Assembly: GCA_010909165.1 (NCBI GenBank)
Contig: VJWM01000193.1
Span: forward strand, 186,001-250,000
Reading direction: 5' to 3'
Source: Anthoceros angustus
Lineage: Eukaryota; Plantae; Anthocerotophyta
Length of the DNA stretch: 64,000 nucleotides
Translations under genes and position numbers: made by a program
The notes under the pieces: generated by a model
Databases searched by the model: none
The model's input: only the letters and a program-made list of their open reading frames with translations
What the model was told of the DNA's origin: nothing
Shown here: piece by piece, positions 35,120-48,148 of the stretch
Numbering within the stretch: position 1 is the first letter of the stretch
How the letters are laid out: every line of letters starts with the position of its first letter

Positions 35120-38100
35120 CTACCGGCTCATTTCGGACATGAACCGCTCATACTCCGACTCAACCGCATTGTTTTGCTGGCCATTTGTCGCAGAGACACT
35201 CGCAGTGTTTGCCCAAGGAGGTGGCATGCCACCAGGAGGTGGAGGTGGTGGCTGTGAAGGAGGTGCACTCGTTGGAGGAGGCGGGGGTGCTGAATAATAG
35301 CCAGCATATTGAGGCATGGGCATGTAAGAACTGCTTCCCATCGGGCCAACAGGTGCACTGGGAGGTCGAGTTCCTGGCCTGGGACCCATGACATTTATAG
35401 GGCTTGGAGGCATCCCAGGTATGCTCGGTCCAGCAGCAGGAGCACCTGGCAGTGTTCCTGCAGCCGGTGGCTGTGTTGGTTGTCCAGGTGGAGGGGGCCC
35501 TGATGGGGGAGCCCCTTGAGAAGGGAGTCCCGAGTACACACTGTAGGGTCCTCCGTAGATTGGAGGAGGCGGACCACGGGGAGGTCCACCAGGAGGTGGC
35601 GGTCCTGCAGGCGGTGGAGGCCCATACATATTACCTGGCGGCGGACCATACGGACTGTATGGCGGATGACCGCCAGGGGCCACCCAAGGCGGCATCCTCA
35701 TCTGTCCACCAGGGGGCCCCCGAGGTGGTTGCTGCTGTGAAGACTGCTGGGATGGTGGGGCCTGCGGTGGTGGCTGTTGTTGTTGTGGAGGAGGATATCC
35801 ACCACCCATCATCTCCATTCCACCTGGATGTGGCCCACCAGAAGGAGGAGGACGACCTGCGACTCGCACTGCTAAGATTTTACCATCAAGTCTATAACCG
35901 TTCATGTGAGCAACAGCCTGCGCTGCACAAGTAGAATCAGTATATTTCACAAACCCATAGCCCTTGCTAGATCCATTCATTCTGTCACGAATGACCTTAG
36001 CATCTTCCACCCGGCCAAATGGTGAAAACAGCCGCAAAAGACCCTCATCATCCACAGAATTGGGCAAGTACCCAACATATAGGTTTGAGTCATCACCATC
36101 CTTGCTGAACTTTGAACCACCACTAGTACCTGGAGGTCCCTGCTGATAGAAGCTATTAGCAAAGCCCTGCTGTTGAGGCATCCCACCAGTTCCTGGAGGG
36201 GTACCCATAGGGGGACCCATTGTTCCTGCTCCCACAAATGTGTCTGACAGACTACCCAGCCCTGGACTGCCGCCCATCCTTCCTGCACCCATACCTCCAC
36301 CGCCTGGTACTCCAGCACCGGCACTTCCAGAACTCGACCCACTTCCAGCACCTCCTGACCAGGGCCCCGCCTGACCCTGCGGACCTGGAAGGGATAGCTG
36401 AGGTCCAGCCTGCCCTCCGCTACGCCCAACATCTCCACTCCCACTACTGCCATCACCGCCTCCCAATTCAGCCAGAAAGCTCTTGTACTCATCATCCATC
36501 TTGTTGCCTTGCGTAGACCCCTTGAGCGGACAGTCAAGAGTAGGATGCCCACCGTCACCACAGATGCGGCAGCTCACGTCACTCTTGAAGGTAGAATGAC
36601 GGGCTGGGCACGCGTATTGACGATGACCCGGCTCTCCACATAACCGACAATACTCATCATCTCTGATAGTCCCATTAAGAGCTGCAAGCTCCCGAAGTTG
36701 AGCTCGCTTGTGCTCATTCCTCCCTTCCTCAACAGGTACCAACAATTTCTCAACCATCCCACCAGCCTTCTCCAAGCCATCAGCTGTATCTGCCTCTATC
36801 AACACATGCAGATCTTCATTCTCAGAAGGATCTGGCTTCATGTCACGTCTCTGCTGCGATCGACCTTCTTTCACCGAGCCCTTGCCCCGTATCACTATTT
36901 TCGCACCCGTTTCCCTTTCCATCCGCTTCTGAGTGTTGCCACGGGGGCCAATGATGAGACCAATGAAATTGTACCCAGGATACTCCTTCACCGGAATGTA
37001 CAACTTCTTGTACAGTTTCGGTGGCTTGTAATCCGCAGGAGGTTTGAAATGAGGATTCTTCTTGATCAACTGCGTGATAATCTCCTGTCTCTCCCTGGTC
37101 AACTTCTCTCGTGCCCTATACTCCCGGGTGTTTATCCTTATCCCCATATTATCATAAATGGGCTCCGGAGAAGGAGACCTCGCACCATCGGGCCTCTCAT
37201 CAAGAACCTGCAAGAAAACTCGCTCCATAAGCAGACAAAAACCCTCCTCACAAACGCAGCACAACCTCTTACGGCTCCCTCCGACCCACCTTGTCACACC
37301 CACAAACAACCATGCAAAACATACCCACCACCGAAGTCCATAAACCACAAAACCCCAGCACTCCCTTCAAGCAATCCTGCCATACCTGCCCCGTAGACAA
37401 CTTCCTATTAATATCCAGCAGCTTGATATTCAGCGCCTGCAACTCCGGATCCAACTCCACCCCACCAGTCAGCTCCTTCACGAACTCAGGAAGCTGAATC
37501 TGGCCGAGCAGCTGCTTCGGCGCATCATCAGCCCACCTGGACTTGCGCTTCTTCACACTCCCTTCCCCGTCCTGATTCTCCCCCTCCCCATCCGGCTGAG
37601 GCCCCCACCTACTCCGCCTCCTCTTCCCGGAGCCCCCATCCGCCGCAGCCACCTGACTCTGCGCAGCGTCCCCTGCCCCGCCGACCCATCACTCCCGGGC
37701 CGCTGCGACCCAGTGTCGTAACTGCTTCCGCCGCCCCTGTTCACAGCCTCCTCCTTCACCCCGTCTCCTGCCCCACTATCCCTATCATACCCTCGTCCCT
37801 CCCAGCAACCCCGCCATAGCCGTCATAGGTATAGTTCACCGCCGGCTTCCCCTCCTCCTGCCCCTGCGCGGCCATGTACTGCCCAGAATACTGCCCTGGG
37901 GTATACTCTACCGCCTCCCCGCTGGTGCTGATGCTGCCCTTCTCCCCTCGTAGCCCGCGTACTGCCCCTCGTAGCCCTGCTGCTGCGGCTGCTGCGCCGT
38001 CCCCAGCCCCTCCCGCCCTTGTACTCCGAGTAGTAGCACTCCCGGGGCTGCGTGTAGGGATCCACGGGGCCCCAGTGGCGGATCCACATACCCCTGAGCC

Positions 38101-38868
38101 GCCGTCCACCATGGCCCCCGGCATCTTGTCCTGCGTCCCGGCGGGGCCGCGTAGCCCGCGTACGAGTACTCGCTGGATCCGTGCTGCGACTGCCCGTTCT
38201 GCAGCGGAGCCGCCGCCGCCTCCTCCTGCCCGCTTCCCGGAAGCTGCTCCGAAGCCCCTGCGCCTGCAGCCAGTGCGGCATCACCACCTTGCTCTGCCCT
38301 GGGGCCTGCCCCTGCGCGGCCATGTACTGCCCAGAATACTGCCCCGGGGTATACTCTACCGCCTCCCCGCTGGTGCTGATGCTGCCCTTCTCCCCTCGTA
38401 GCCCGCGTACTGCCCCTCGTAGCCCTGCTGCTGCGGCTGCTGCGCCGTCCCCAGCCCCTCCCGCCCTTGTACTCCGAGTAGTAGCACTCCCGGGGCTGCG
38501 TGTAGGGATCCACGGGGCCCCAGTGGCGGATCCACATACCCCTGAGCCGCCGTCCACCATGGCCCCCCCGGCATCTTGTCCTGCGTCCCCGGCGGGGCCG
38601 CGTAGCCCGCGTACGAGTACTCGCTGGATCCGTGCTGCGACTGCCCGTTCTGCAGCGGAGCCGCCGCCGCCTCCTCCTGCCCGCTTCCCGGAAGCTGCTC
38701 CGAAGCCCCCTGCGCCTGCAGCCAGTGCGGCATCACCACCTTGCTCTGCCCTGGGGCCTGCCCTTGCGCGCTCGCTCCCGCCCCGTGTGCTCCCAGCGGC
38801 GGCCCTACCGTGGCCTCCAAGCTCGCCAGGAACGCCTCTGCCGCAGCTGTGGCTGCCTCCGGCTCCAT
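35120..38868 (-). CDS. SF1: Splicing factor 1 / branchpoint-bridging protein (two exons: 38868-37386 and 37207-35120)
   Basis: RRRSRW/RKSRW U2AF ligand motifs, KH-QUA2 ([26 protein letters not shown]), two CCHC knuckles, RRM and Pro-rich tail ending [13 protein letters not shown] intron 37385-37208. Exon 1 contains a duplication and indels. Confidence 0.95.
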
Positions 38869-39321
38869 GCCGTTGCCTCCAGCTCCAAGATCGCACTGCT
38901 TGCAAATCGAATCACGATTCACGAATCGCGCGCCTCACTCGTGCAGATCCCGCCACGACCTAAGCCTCGGCTCGCTTGCTCGGCAGGAACGTACGCAGTC
39001 GCCGCCCAGCTCGCCCTCGAGGAGCCTCGGTGAAGGGAGAGCTTGTCTGCCCTAATGGCCGGCTGGTGGGTCACCTGAAGCGAGATAAATAGAAGCGAAA
39101 CAGAAAAACAAAACTGCGGGCTTCTCGCTAGAAAACGAAAACTGCGGATTACCGAGAACCTGGTGACCGGGAACCGGGGTTATTCGGTTATCCGGTCGCC
39201 ACACCTACGAGGGGAAGGATGATGTGAGACCCTGGTTTTGGGTTCAATGTTCGGATTCTGAGGTCGGAGGATCGAGGAAGAAGGAGGCTCATGTCGGACA
39301 GCGAGATGCTTGCGAGCGAGC

Positions 39322-40685
39322 ATGGCCCAAGCTAATGGAAGCCAGGCCAATTGGATGGTGGAGCTTGCGCACGATCCAGGGCTGTCCCTGGATTGGTCTG
39401 CGGAGGAGCAGGCCATTTTGGATGATGGACTGAACAGGTACGGGGTTGGAGCTGTGGGGCAGCTTGTGGGTGATGGGTTGGAAGGAGTCTGGTTGGAAAG
39501 AGCATTGATTTGTCGGGTGTTGGTGCTGTGGTTTGTGAGGCTTGTGGTTTCTTCTCACCTGACATGGCTGGTGTGGTGATGCAGTTATGCGAATGAAGCG
39601 AGCCTCCTGGTGAAGTACCTCAAGATTGCGAATGACCTGCCTGAGAAGACAGTGCGTGATGTGGCACTGCGGTGCAGATGGATGACGGTACATTTTCTTG
39701 TTTCCGAGCTGTGCAGGTACTTCACCCTTGTTTCCATGAAAAGAATCAGCTCTGATTTTGATGGGTGTTCGGCCTTGATCAGAAGAAGGAGAATGGGAAG
39801 AGGAGAAAAGCGGATGAGCAGGTATTGAGCAGATCGAAATTGAAGGATGCTAAAAAGGTATGGGTATTGCGGGTTACGGTCTGTGAGTTGGTGTGAGCTG
39901 TGAGTCTTCGCGTGTTGTTCACCTCGTAGTGTCCGTTACGGTAGTCTGATTCGGTAAACACTGCTCATCCTGTGGAAAGTGATGGCACTCTGTGACCTAC
40001 TTATCACAGGAGAAATTTCCAGATTCCACATCGAGGCCGGTCATTGCAGCAACAAGGTCGGCAGTTCCGATGTACACTCCCCCACCTCCTCCTATCGACA
40101 ACGATGATGGCATCTCTAACGACGGTACGTGACCTCATGTGCGTTGCAGATGTGTGTGTAACAGCTTTGCAAGTCAGAAAGACAATCATGCTGCTACTCT
40201 GCATTTCCCTCTGTGTCACAGTTATAGGAGGCACAACGGGCAAGCTATTTGAGCTGAACGCACAGGTCATAGCTCAAATTCGAAGCAACCTTGCAGCTTG
40301 CAAGGTATGGCCCTTTTCCTTAGCTGCTCTTCCGTCTAAGATTTCAGGTTAAGCTGCCGCTGATACCTTGGTGGAAATCTGCAGCTGCAGGAAAATACGG
40401 AACTTCTGTCCAAGTTCAGGGACAACATTCTGGCCATCATGGAAGGGTGAGCATCAATACTGGCAGCTGGAACAAACCCTAAAGAGTAAACGATGGAAAA
40501 AGACTTTCAGGAGGCCAAAACGTGTTTCTAACTAGACCTTCTTTCTCTGTGTGCACAGGATGACCACCATGCCTGGCATCATGAGTCAAATGCCTGCTCT
40601 CCCTGTAAACCTCAACACCGAACTAGCAGATCAGATCCTGTCGCCCTTGCCCCCTCCAACCTCCAGCCCCATGTCCGTGCAATGA
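39322..40685 (+). CDS. DUF3755 family SANT/Myb-like protein, seven exons
   Basis: Exons 39322-39437, 39585-39687, 39783-39857, 40010-40124, 40222-40304, 40385-40446 and 40559-40685 are all GT-AG and in frame: HDPGLSLDWSAEEQAILDDGL..KTVRDVALRCRWMTKKENGKRRK..NAQVIAQI..FRDNILAI..MSQMPALPV. Confidence 0.9.
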
Positions 40686-40757
40686 CTAGGGCGGACGGAA
40701 GGTAGTGTACATTGTATATCATGTCTGTAATCACAGCCGGTTAGGGCTTGGGCGGGC

Positions 40758-41090
40758 TCATGGTTTGTGCAACCTGCTCCAGTTCTCCCGAGCCTTGTGG
40801 GCTGCATCCTTGGCTCTAGCAAGCTCCGCGTCGGTGAAACGGTGCTCCACCACTCCCAGCGGCCCAGGCTGCAGGACCTCGATCACGCTCTCCAAGTCCC
40901 TCTCCAATTCCCTGCCACCACCACCTTGTGTTACTTCAATTCTTCCTGCTAGCTGGCTAACAAATCGAACTTCTGACCTCAACGACGTTCTCGCTCGACT
41001 GAGAAGCTGGAGGATCCTCTGTGGCCCCATGTGCTCCAACTGGTGAAAGTGCGGTCTATCGTCACTCCTGTGCTGTGTGCACCTTTGCAT
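40758..41090 (-). CDS. Possible terminal exon or fragment of a conserved uncharacterised plant protein
   Basis: VIEVLQPGPLGVVEHRFTDAELARA..ENW resembles a C-terminus recalled from uncharacterised plant proteins; no upstream exons identified. Confidence 0.35.
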   Translation of the reverse strand: MQRCTQHRSDDRPHFHQLEHMGPQRILQLLSRARTSLRSEVRFVSQLAGRIEVTQGGGGRELERDLESVIEVLQPGPLGVVEHRFTDAELARAKDAAHKARENWSRLHKP

Positions 41091-41329
41091 CGCAAGTTAG
41101 CTCTTGCATCTTACCAGTTAGGCATTATATATGATAAATGTAATTTTATGTCCGGAGCGTAGGTGCTCCTCCTCATCAACGTGATCCTCCGGGTGTTTAC
41201 GAGGCTGTGCTCCGGCATACTCGGGCTCATTTTATCGCTACTTATATTCAATAGTTGATGACGTGTCATATGAAAGGCCTTACTATGGCCTAGGGTTCCG
41301 GTGCCATAAGGAAGTGCTTCCGTGCCCTA

Positions 41330-41970
41330 AGGACGTTGGCCTCCAAATTCGAGTGGGCAGCGCAGGGATACATTACGGCCAAAGTTCACAAGTACACCTC
41401 CCTGTATGAAGACCGGGCTTTCATTCCTTCATTCCCTTTGCTATTGAGTAGGCATGGTGCAGCATCTTCGACTTCACACTACGGCCAAGGTTCACAAGTA
41501 CACCTTCATGCACGGAAGGCCATGCTTTCTTTCCCCTTGCTGTTGACTAGGCCTAGTGCAGCATCTTCGTCTCCACACTACGGCCAAGGTTCACAAGTAC
41601 ACCTCCATGCAGGAAAGCCATGCTTTCATTCCCCTTGCTATTGAGTAGGCCTAGTGCAGCATCTTCGGCTCCACACTACGGTCAAGGTTCACAAGTACAC
41701 CTCCATGCAGGAAGGCCATGCTTTCATTCCCCTTGCTATTGAGTAGGCCTGGTGCAGCATCTTGCTTCGGTGGTAAGCAGGCCCTTCCTTATTCAAAACT
41801 ATGACTTCTTCGGAGCCATAGGTAGCTTCAGGGTTAATAATCGGGGGCTAGTCTCCCTTGGCCTAGGGCCCTCTAGAGAGTTGTTCCCCTTGCCCAGTGT
41901 AGATAAGATAGTCGCTTCTCTCTGCATATTGATAAAGTCTCCACATTTTCTCTTCCTTATTCAATAAAGT
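41330..41970 (+). mobile_element. Internally deleted, tandemly amplified derivative of a CRE-like LINE 3' end
   Basis: Four ~100-bp units (41374, 41480, 41579, 41677) encode TAKVHKYT..AFIP and resemble the 49327-49390 region; followed by a 3' tail similar in layout to 49600-49775. Confidence 0.65.
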
Positions 41971-42546
41971 GTAAGAAATTTCTTTCGCACAAGTACCTAG
42001 TTATAGTAGATATTTGAAATAATATATAATATATAATATATTATTATTATTATTAAATAGTAAATAATATTATTATATATATTGCATGTATAATTTGTTG
42101 GATATATACTTTTGATAGTATATATGTGTGTAGAAAATAACTTCAGAGAGGGGCCTCACTATGTGCCAATTTGAAGTGTAGGCTTCTATGCCAGTATTTT
42201 TTTATATTTTTTAAATGGTTCTAAAAATATTTATTTTGGTTCCTAGCAATATAAAATCTTTATGGTAATGTTGCACCAAGGGCAAAAAATAAAATGATGT
42301 ACAATAGAATTAGAATAAATTATAATAGTGTTCTCCAAAAGTGAAGTATAACTTCATAAATTCTTTTTGAAACCCTGTCAAAATCTTGGACCTCAATAGA
42401 AAATAAGTTTTTGCTGGAAATCACCAGCTGATTATATCAATAGACAAATATGCATGAAGATTTGGAACTAATAGCTCTTATATGTTGAGCTTCTTATATA
42501 TTAGCTCTAAAGCGACAAGGTAGAAAAGACACATAAATATGTCCTA

Positions 42547-44133
42547 GTGGGAGAAAAGCATCTTGCACTAGCATATGCATGCACAATGCAAAAAGGGGAG
42601 AAGAAAGACAAAGGAGACAAGGGGGAGAAAGGAAAAGATGATAAAAACAAAAAATCAAGCAAAAAAAATGCAAAGAATGTGGAACTTGAGCCCGAGCCAG
42701 AAGTTAAGGTAGAAGAAGAGGACCCTGAGCTGGCTAAAAGATTTAAGTACAAACAAGATATAATTATAGAGCAAGTGAAGGACTTCTACGAGAAAACAAC
42801 AAATGTCATTGAAGCTGCAAAGTGAGAAGAAAAGTTGTTGTAACTTTTCAAATAAAGTAACACTTTGAAGAGATGTTGTGGTATTGCAGATTCTTGGCTG
42901 AAATATTAGGATTTCAGGAATATACTGTGAATGCACGACAAGCCATCTTTTTGGACTACTGCTTGGGTATCTTGATGTAGGGTTTGTGCTTCAATAAGAT
43001 TTACCACCACACATTTCTATAAAGTACTCTCACTCTCAATATCATGACTCATTGTAACATTTAGGTTTGCGAAGGAAGCAGGCTTTAATTTGGATCAATG
43101 TCTGCTATTGTACAAAATTGGTTTGGAGCTCATGTACATACTTACAGGTGCGCTTCTTAAATCAATATGTGATCCATAGAGTCAGCATGAACGAATTCAA
43201 AAATAAAATGTGTATTTTTTGCTAAATATATTTTTCTATGTATCAGGAGGGGGCGTTTTTGCAGAGGCCGAAAAATTCTTTAAAGAACGATTTTTTTTCC
43301 TCTGTGTGAAGGAGTATGGCAAGGATATCATGTTGCCATTTTCCAATGTAGATATGAAGAAGATAACACGTTTCTTTACAACCACGTGAGCCTGTATGCG
43401 TGCTTCTATGCTATGATTGACTAGCTATGATGCTAATGAAAAGAAGATTCAAGACGTTCCACACAAATGCACATTTTACAGGTTCTTTCAGCACTACTCC
43501 TTATATCGATACAGCTTTCTCAAAGAGCCGGTTGTGATCACCAAGGAGCAGAAAGTGACAGTACAAACAGCAAAGACTCTGCCACTATTTCATGCATTTA
43601 CTAATGAGGAGCTAGAACTTATCCAGGTGATGAACACATAAACTGAACATTATGTTAATGTTAACCTTCTACATATCGTTGTATGCTTAGTTGGGTATGG
43701 TGTTTAGATAAGGGAGGAAGCAATCAAGGTCACGCCGAGTTGGAGAAAACGAGAGGAGGCTGCAAAGAAGGTCGCAATGATGCACTGCGGTTGCCGCAGC
43801 ACACAATTGTTGGAGAACCAACGGAAGCCTCAAAGTCTCGAGGAAGCAATAGAGTTTGCTGTACGGGAGAAGGTTGCGGAGTCCAAAAAGATTCTAGAAG
43901 AAGAATACAATGACCGAGAAGCTGCTTTGATCACTAAATTTAATTCTCTAGATGCAACAACAATACGGTCATCAATAGCCAAAGGACCAACCTCTCCATC
44001 ACAAAAAATAAACACCCCAACTTCATCTAAAACAACTGCTTCATCACCATTGAAGACACCGAATTCGCCCAAATCTACAACTTCCCCTAAAACCCCTTCC
44101 TCTCCAAAATCTCCAAGTCTCACTAAGAAATGA
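42547..44133 (+). pseudogene. Orphan multi-exon Lys/Glu- and Ser/Pro-rich coding fragments with AT-rich introns (TE-accessory-like)
   Basis: ORF pieces at 42547-42825, 43417-43641 and ~43830-44133 (SP/TP-rich tail); stops between pieces; no family recognised. Confidence 0.35.
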
Positions 44134-44289
44134 AAATAAGTTTTGTATAATACAAATAAAAAATAATTTAAGACACTGATCAACAAAACCTTGGTCCTTA
44201 TGTAATTTTAATACCTATTCACCTTCTTACTAAATCAAGACTAGGATAGAGCTAAGCACATATATTATACCACATATATCTATGTACCT

Positions 44290-45180
44290 ATTGGACTTGA
44301 ACAAGACCATAGTGAATCCACAGCATCTCCATATTGTGGATAGAACTTTGAGGCATAACGATGCAGTGGCACTTACACTAGACCCATTAGGGCAAATGGG
44401 GATGTGACAAATGTTATGATTACAGTGGACTTGGAACTTGCAAATGGTATGTTCATGAAGGATATGGATAGTAAAAGCTTAAGAAGAATAAGCTCATTTC
44501 AAGTGGGAGACTTTGTCATCGGTGCTGGATAGGTGGGAAAAGTAGACACAGTGATTGAGCTTGTGACACTGGTGTTTAACGATGGAGCACAGTGCCAGCT
44601 AAAGCTTACAAACCCTGACCACCTAATATGTCAGAACATAGTAGAGGAAGATATGCCATTATTTATTGGTCAGAAAAGTTGTAGCAAGTCATCAAAAAAC
44701 TCTACAAAAGGCGACATGGTTAGTTGGGAACTACAACAAGCGAAGGAGGAAATTATGTGGGACAAATTCACAAATTGATATTAACATGGTCGTTCTTGAA
44801 TGGTTTGCTACTTACGGCAATGTACCTGGGATCCAGAGGAAGCCTATTAGGCAACAGAAGCCAAAAGATTTGATTGTCATGAAGCAGTTTTCTCACACAG
44901 ATTGGTAACAGGGTGACAGATGCCTTTAACATGGGCATATGAAATGTCTCAAAAACAATGCAGCGATTGTTGTGGGCTCTAGCTTCGAAGATGCCAATGT
45001 CATATGTGAAAACAAGAAGCAAGGATCGAAAGGAGGGCGCCCAAGTTTTTAATCTCAACCACAATGCCAAAAACGCCAAAAACGCAAGGAGGAAGGTGTT
45101 ACTCAAGGCTATCACAAAGTGGTAGGCATCAAAACCATGGTTGATGTGCTTTGGCAGGACGGAACAATAAGCAAGAATAT
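44290..45180 (+). pseudogene. N-terminal fragment of a UBC23/UBC24(PHO2)/UBE2O-like E2 enzyme, decayed
   Basis: IVDRTLRHND..DPLGQMG.VTNV.ITVDL..VGDFVI.AG*VGKVD..VFNDGAQC..ATWLVG..LEWFA..QKPKDL..FSHTDW*QGD..TMVDVLWQDGT matches the UBE2O-type N-terminal region; contains stops and frameshifts. Confidence 0.75.
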
Positions 45181-45566
45181 GAGCAAGTTATCGTTAGCCA
45201 AACATGTGGCCAAGTTGAAAGCAGCGTTTGAGAAACTTCCTTGAAATGATTGTAATGAATTTATAATAACCATCAACTTTTCTTAAAAAAATTTAAACTT
45301 TCAAAGAAAAGAGTACCTACCTATATTCGATTATTTGTGCAGAGGTGATAAGAGACCCATCATCTCCAGATAGATATCTAGGCACGTACTCAGATGACCT
45401 CGGGAAGAGTATAGTCTCTTCTGTTGGGATGATACGATGTGTAACATAGGGGAATCAAAACCCTTGCTGAAGATTTTTCCCCCGGGGTTGTTTTGATTTG
45501 TTTTCAAAATACCAAATTAAAAAAAAATCTCCAGATTGCCAAATCACTTCTTAAACCCTTAAACCC

Positions 45567-46926
45567 TTAATGAGAGTCACGGTCTGCTTGGACCATGTCC
45601 GGCAAAGCCATCCGAATCAGAATCGGGCCCTGGAAACACATCAAATGTCGATGCTGGCATTAGCGCTGTCAATGAAACGCCCACTACGCGACTTTGCCTA
45701 TTCTGCTCACACAGCACTTCTGAATCAGTGGCAGGCATCCCAGCGACTATCTCGTCATCCCTGGTGTGGCTGCCCAGCTGGGAACCTGACTGTGGATGAT
45801 CTTTGTCACCACCACCACCTGCACGTTTGAGGAATGGAACACTTCTCCCTTCAGTGCATCGTTGGCATCAGACTGCCCAACAAACACCGAAGACAACATG
45901 CCGTTGGCTAATGGCTTTTGCTCTATGTACGGGCCATCCATCGGTTCCTGCAGATCAGGGCTCACATCCATTTCACGGGCCTCTCCTTCCTGCTGCCTCC
46001 AAGCCTACCAAGCCACCATCTACCCTTGAATGCACCGCTTCAGCTGCTCTTCCCACTAGTTTTGAAACAAAACTTGGTTGTGCATTCTGTGTATCTGTCC
46101 CATAGAAGGCACCGACAGGAGTCCCAACTGCACCAGCAAGACCTTCATTAAAGTCATCCTCCAGCATAACATCAGTTTCATAGAAGAGATTTTCCTCCTC
46201 TCCAAACTCCTCCCCATAGCCTAGCCACGTATCAACTTCAGCCCAGGGATCCATTGCTACCTGGCCTATCTTCAGTTCAGGGGGCACAAGAGTAACTGGA
46301 AAACCCAAAATAGCAGCAGCAGAAGAAACAGCGGCTAACAGAAGACCCTTCAGCTACGGACGCTCTGCCAGGTCTTTGCATTGAAATCAGAGACCCACCA
46401 GCAGTGGCCCTACCAGTGGCCATCCCCGCTACAACAGCTGCAGGTGTGCCTGCAGGAGGTAGGCAGCGAGGGTGAATGAGTGGATTCAGAGAGAGGAGAG
46501 CATGGGCACATACTTCAGCCACTTCTGGACCAGCTTCTTGCCGACCTGCGAGCACATCATAACCGAGCAACATTCAGAGGCATTGCTTAGAAACTAGCTA
46601 CGCAAGCTCATGATTTGCTCCCAACCCAGACAATCAGTGAGCAATAACATGGCCAGTGCAGACCCATTACCTTTGCGGAAGATCGCCAGTCCCTGTGCCA
46701 AGTGAGGAGGTCGGTGGCAGCATGGTGACAATAGGGAGGCTAATAGTGCACGGTATGCGGCAACTTGAAAAGCAACTGAGCATTCTGATGTGATTCCTTT
46801 TACGGCCATCAATTCCTCGTCAACCGCAAGAGACATGGAGCTAACAGATGCACTCACAGCTACATTTGCAAGAACGGCGTCAACCTCAGCGCTTGTTCGA
46901 TGCCCAACTGTCACACTTTGCATCTC
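45567..46926 (-). CDS. C-terminal part of a PELP1/RIX1-like protein (frameshifted; 5' exons not found)
   Basis: QVAAYRALLASLLSPCCHRPPHLAQGLAIFRK | intron | GRQEAGPEVAEVCAHALLSLNPLIHPRCLP; acidic tail ending DSDSD..LPDMVQAD; about four frame changes. Confidence 0.8.
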
Positions 46927-47851
46927 CTGCTATGACTTAGGCCCAGGAAATGACTATGTCTGTAGCAAAGTTGGGGAAACATGCCCTGAGCATCCTCTAA
47001 GCTGGCCACTCTTTGCCCAAATGTTTAACATGGTGCTGTGACTGACAACAACGTCAACCTTAAATCCTTTCCCGAATGTGTGCATGAATCTGCATCCCTC
47101 TGTCCAAAGCCAGAGTATTGCTCACTTCGCAATTGGCAGAAGCTTTACTGGCAGCCTTGATCCAATTCCCAGATTCAGTGCGCGAACTGGCCCAGTTGCG
47201 CAAATTACAGCGTTCATAGCCATTTGAGCTGCCAGAGCGTAGCTTGACTTGAAACCGCGGGAGCACGTTACCTCTGCGAGTCGACATGGGTATGTTCTGT
47301 AGTGAGAACTTAGACGACTTCATTGATCTCCAGGGCAACGAGAGTTGAAAACAGCGCCCCAAGGCCAAGTTCGTGTGGCATTGCTCACTGGCCTAGATGG
47401 AACCAAACCTGCTGAAATTTCGAGAGATCGGAACAGAAATTTTGATATGGGCACCATGATTTGCAAGCGCAAGGAGCCCAGCTGGGAATCACGGCTGCCT
47501 GGAAGCCTTCACACATAGACTGGCAGGGCTCCTTGAAGCACCAGCTTTTCTAGAACCCGCAAACAGAAATGGATCGATTGAAAGCTGATCTAAACTGCCA
47601 CCCAATGTCTCAGGTACTCGAGCAAGACCATCATTCCAACATGGGGGGGCATTCCAAATGCAAGAGGTGAATTGCCCCCACTCTCAGAGACTGAATTGAG
47701 CTATTTATTAGAAAAGAGACAAAGGTTTCGAAAGAACGCAATCCAAGCTTCTACCACTGACCTCCCTGACAAAAGAGAACCACAGTCTCCCTCCATACGA
47801 AAGCAGATAGCTGTTCCAGCTCAACTTCAGCTTGGCATCAAGCATCACGTC

Positions 47852-48148
47852 TCAGTGATGGCCCTTCACATCAACTCCAGCGCGTTTCAGCCTCTCCAGC
47901 TCTTCCTGATGGCGGAGGTGCCGGATTTCAGTGGGCCAGTTGACAGCGTAGCTCAGGAGCCCCACAGAGAGGAACATGTCGAAGAGGGGCCGGATGCTGC
48001 CGGTCTTGATGTACTTGGCGTGGTAGTTTGTCAGCCAGCCGTTGAACTTCTCCCTCACAAAACCCTGATTCGCAATCTGCTTGGCATAACCCGGCACCTC
48101 CGACACCTTCAGCTTAGCCAGCTGTTGCAAGCCGCTAGACTGTGCCAT
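47852..48148 (-). CDS. Mitochondrial ATP synthase subunit f (plant ATP17-type)
   Basis: 98-aa intact ORF with LKVSEVPGY..NYHAKYIKTGSIRPL..SYAVNWPTEIRHLRH, resembling plant subunit f. Confidence 0.85.
   Translation of the reverse strand: MAQSSGLQQLAKLKVSEVPGYAKQIANQGFVREKFNGWLTNYHAKYIKTGSIRPLFDMFLSVGLLSYAVNWPTEIRHLRHQEELERLKRAGVDVKGHH

Noticed and set aside
37208-37348. N-terminal 47 aa of the 742-aa ORF (MVYGLRWW..) as part of SF1
   Set aside because: Lies within the GT-AG intron 37385-37208.
45551-45570. Telomere-like TTAAACCC x2
   Set aside because: Only two imperfect units; it could be a telo-box or chance, with no support for an interstitial telomere.
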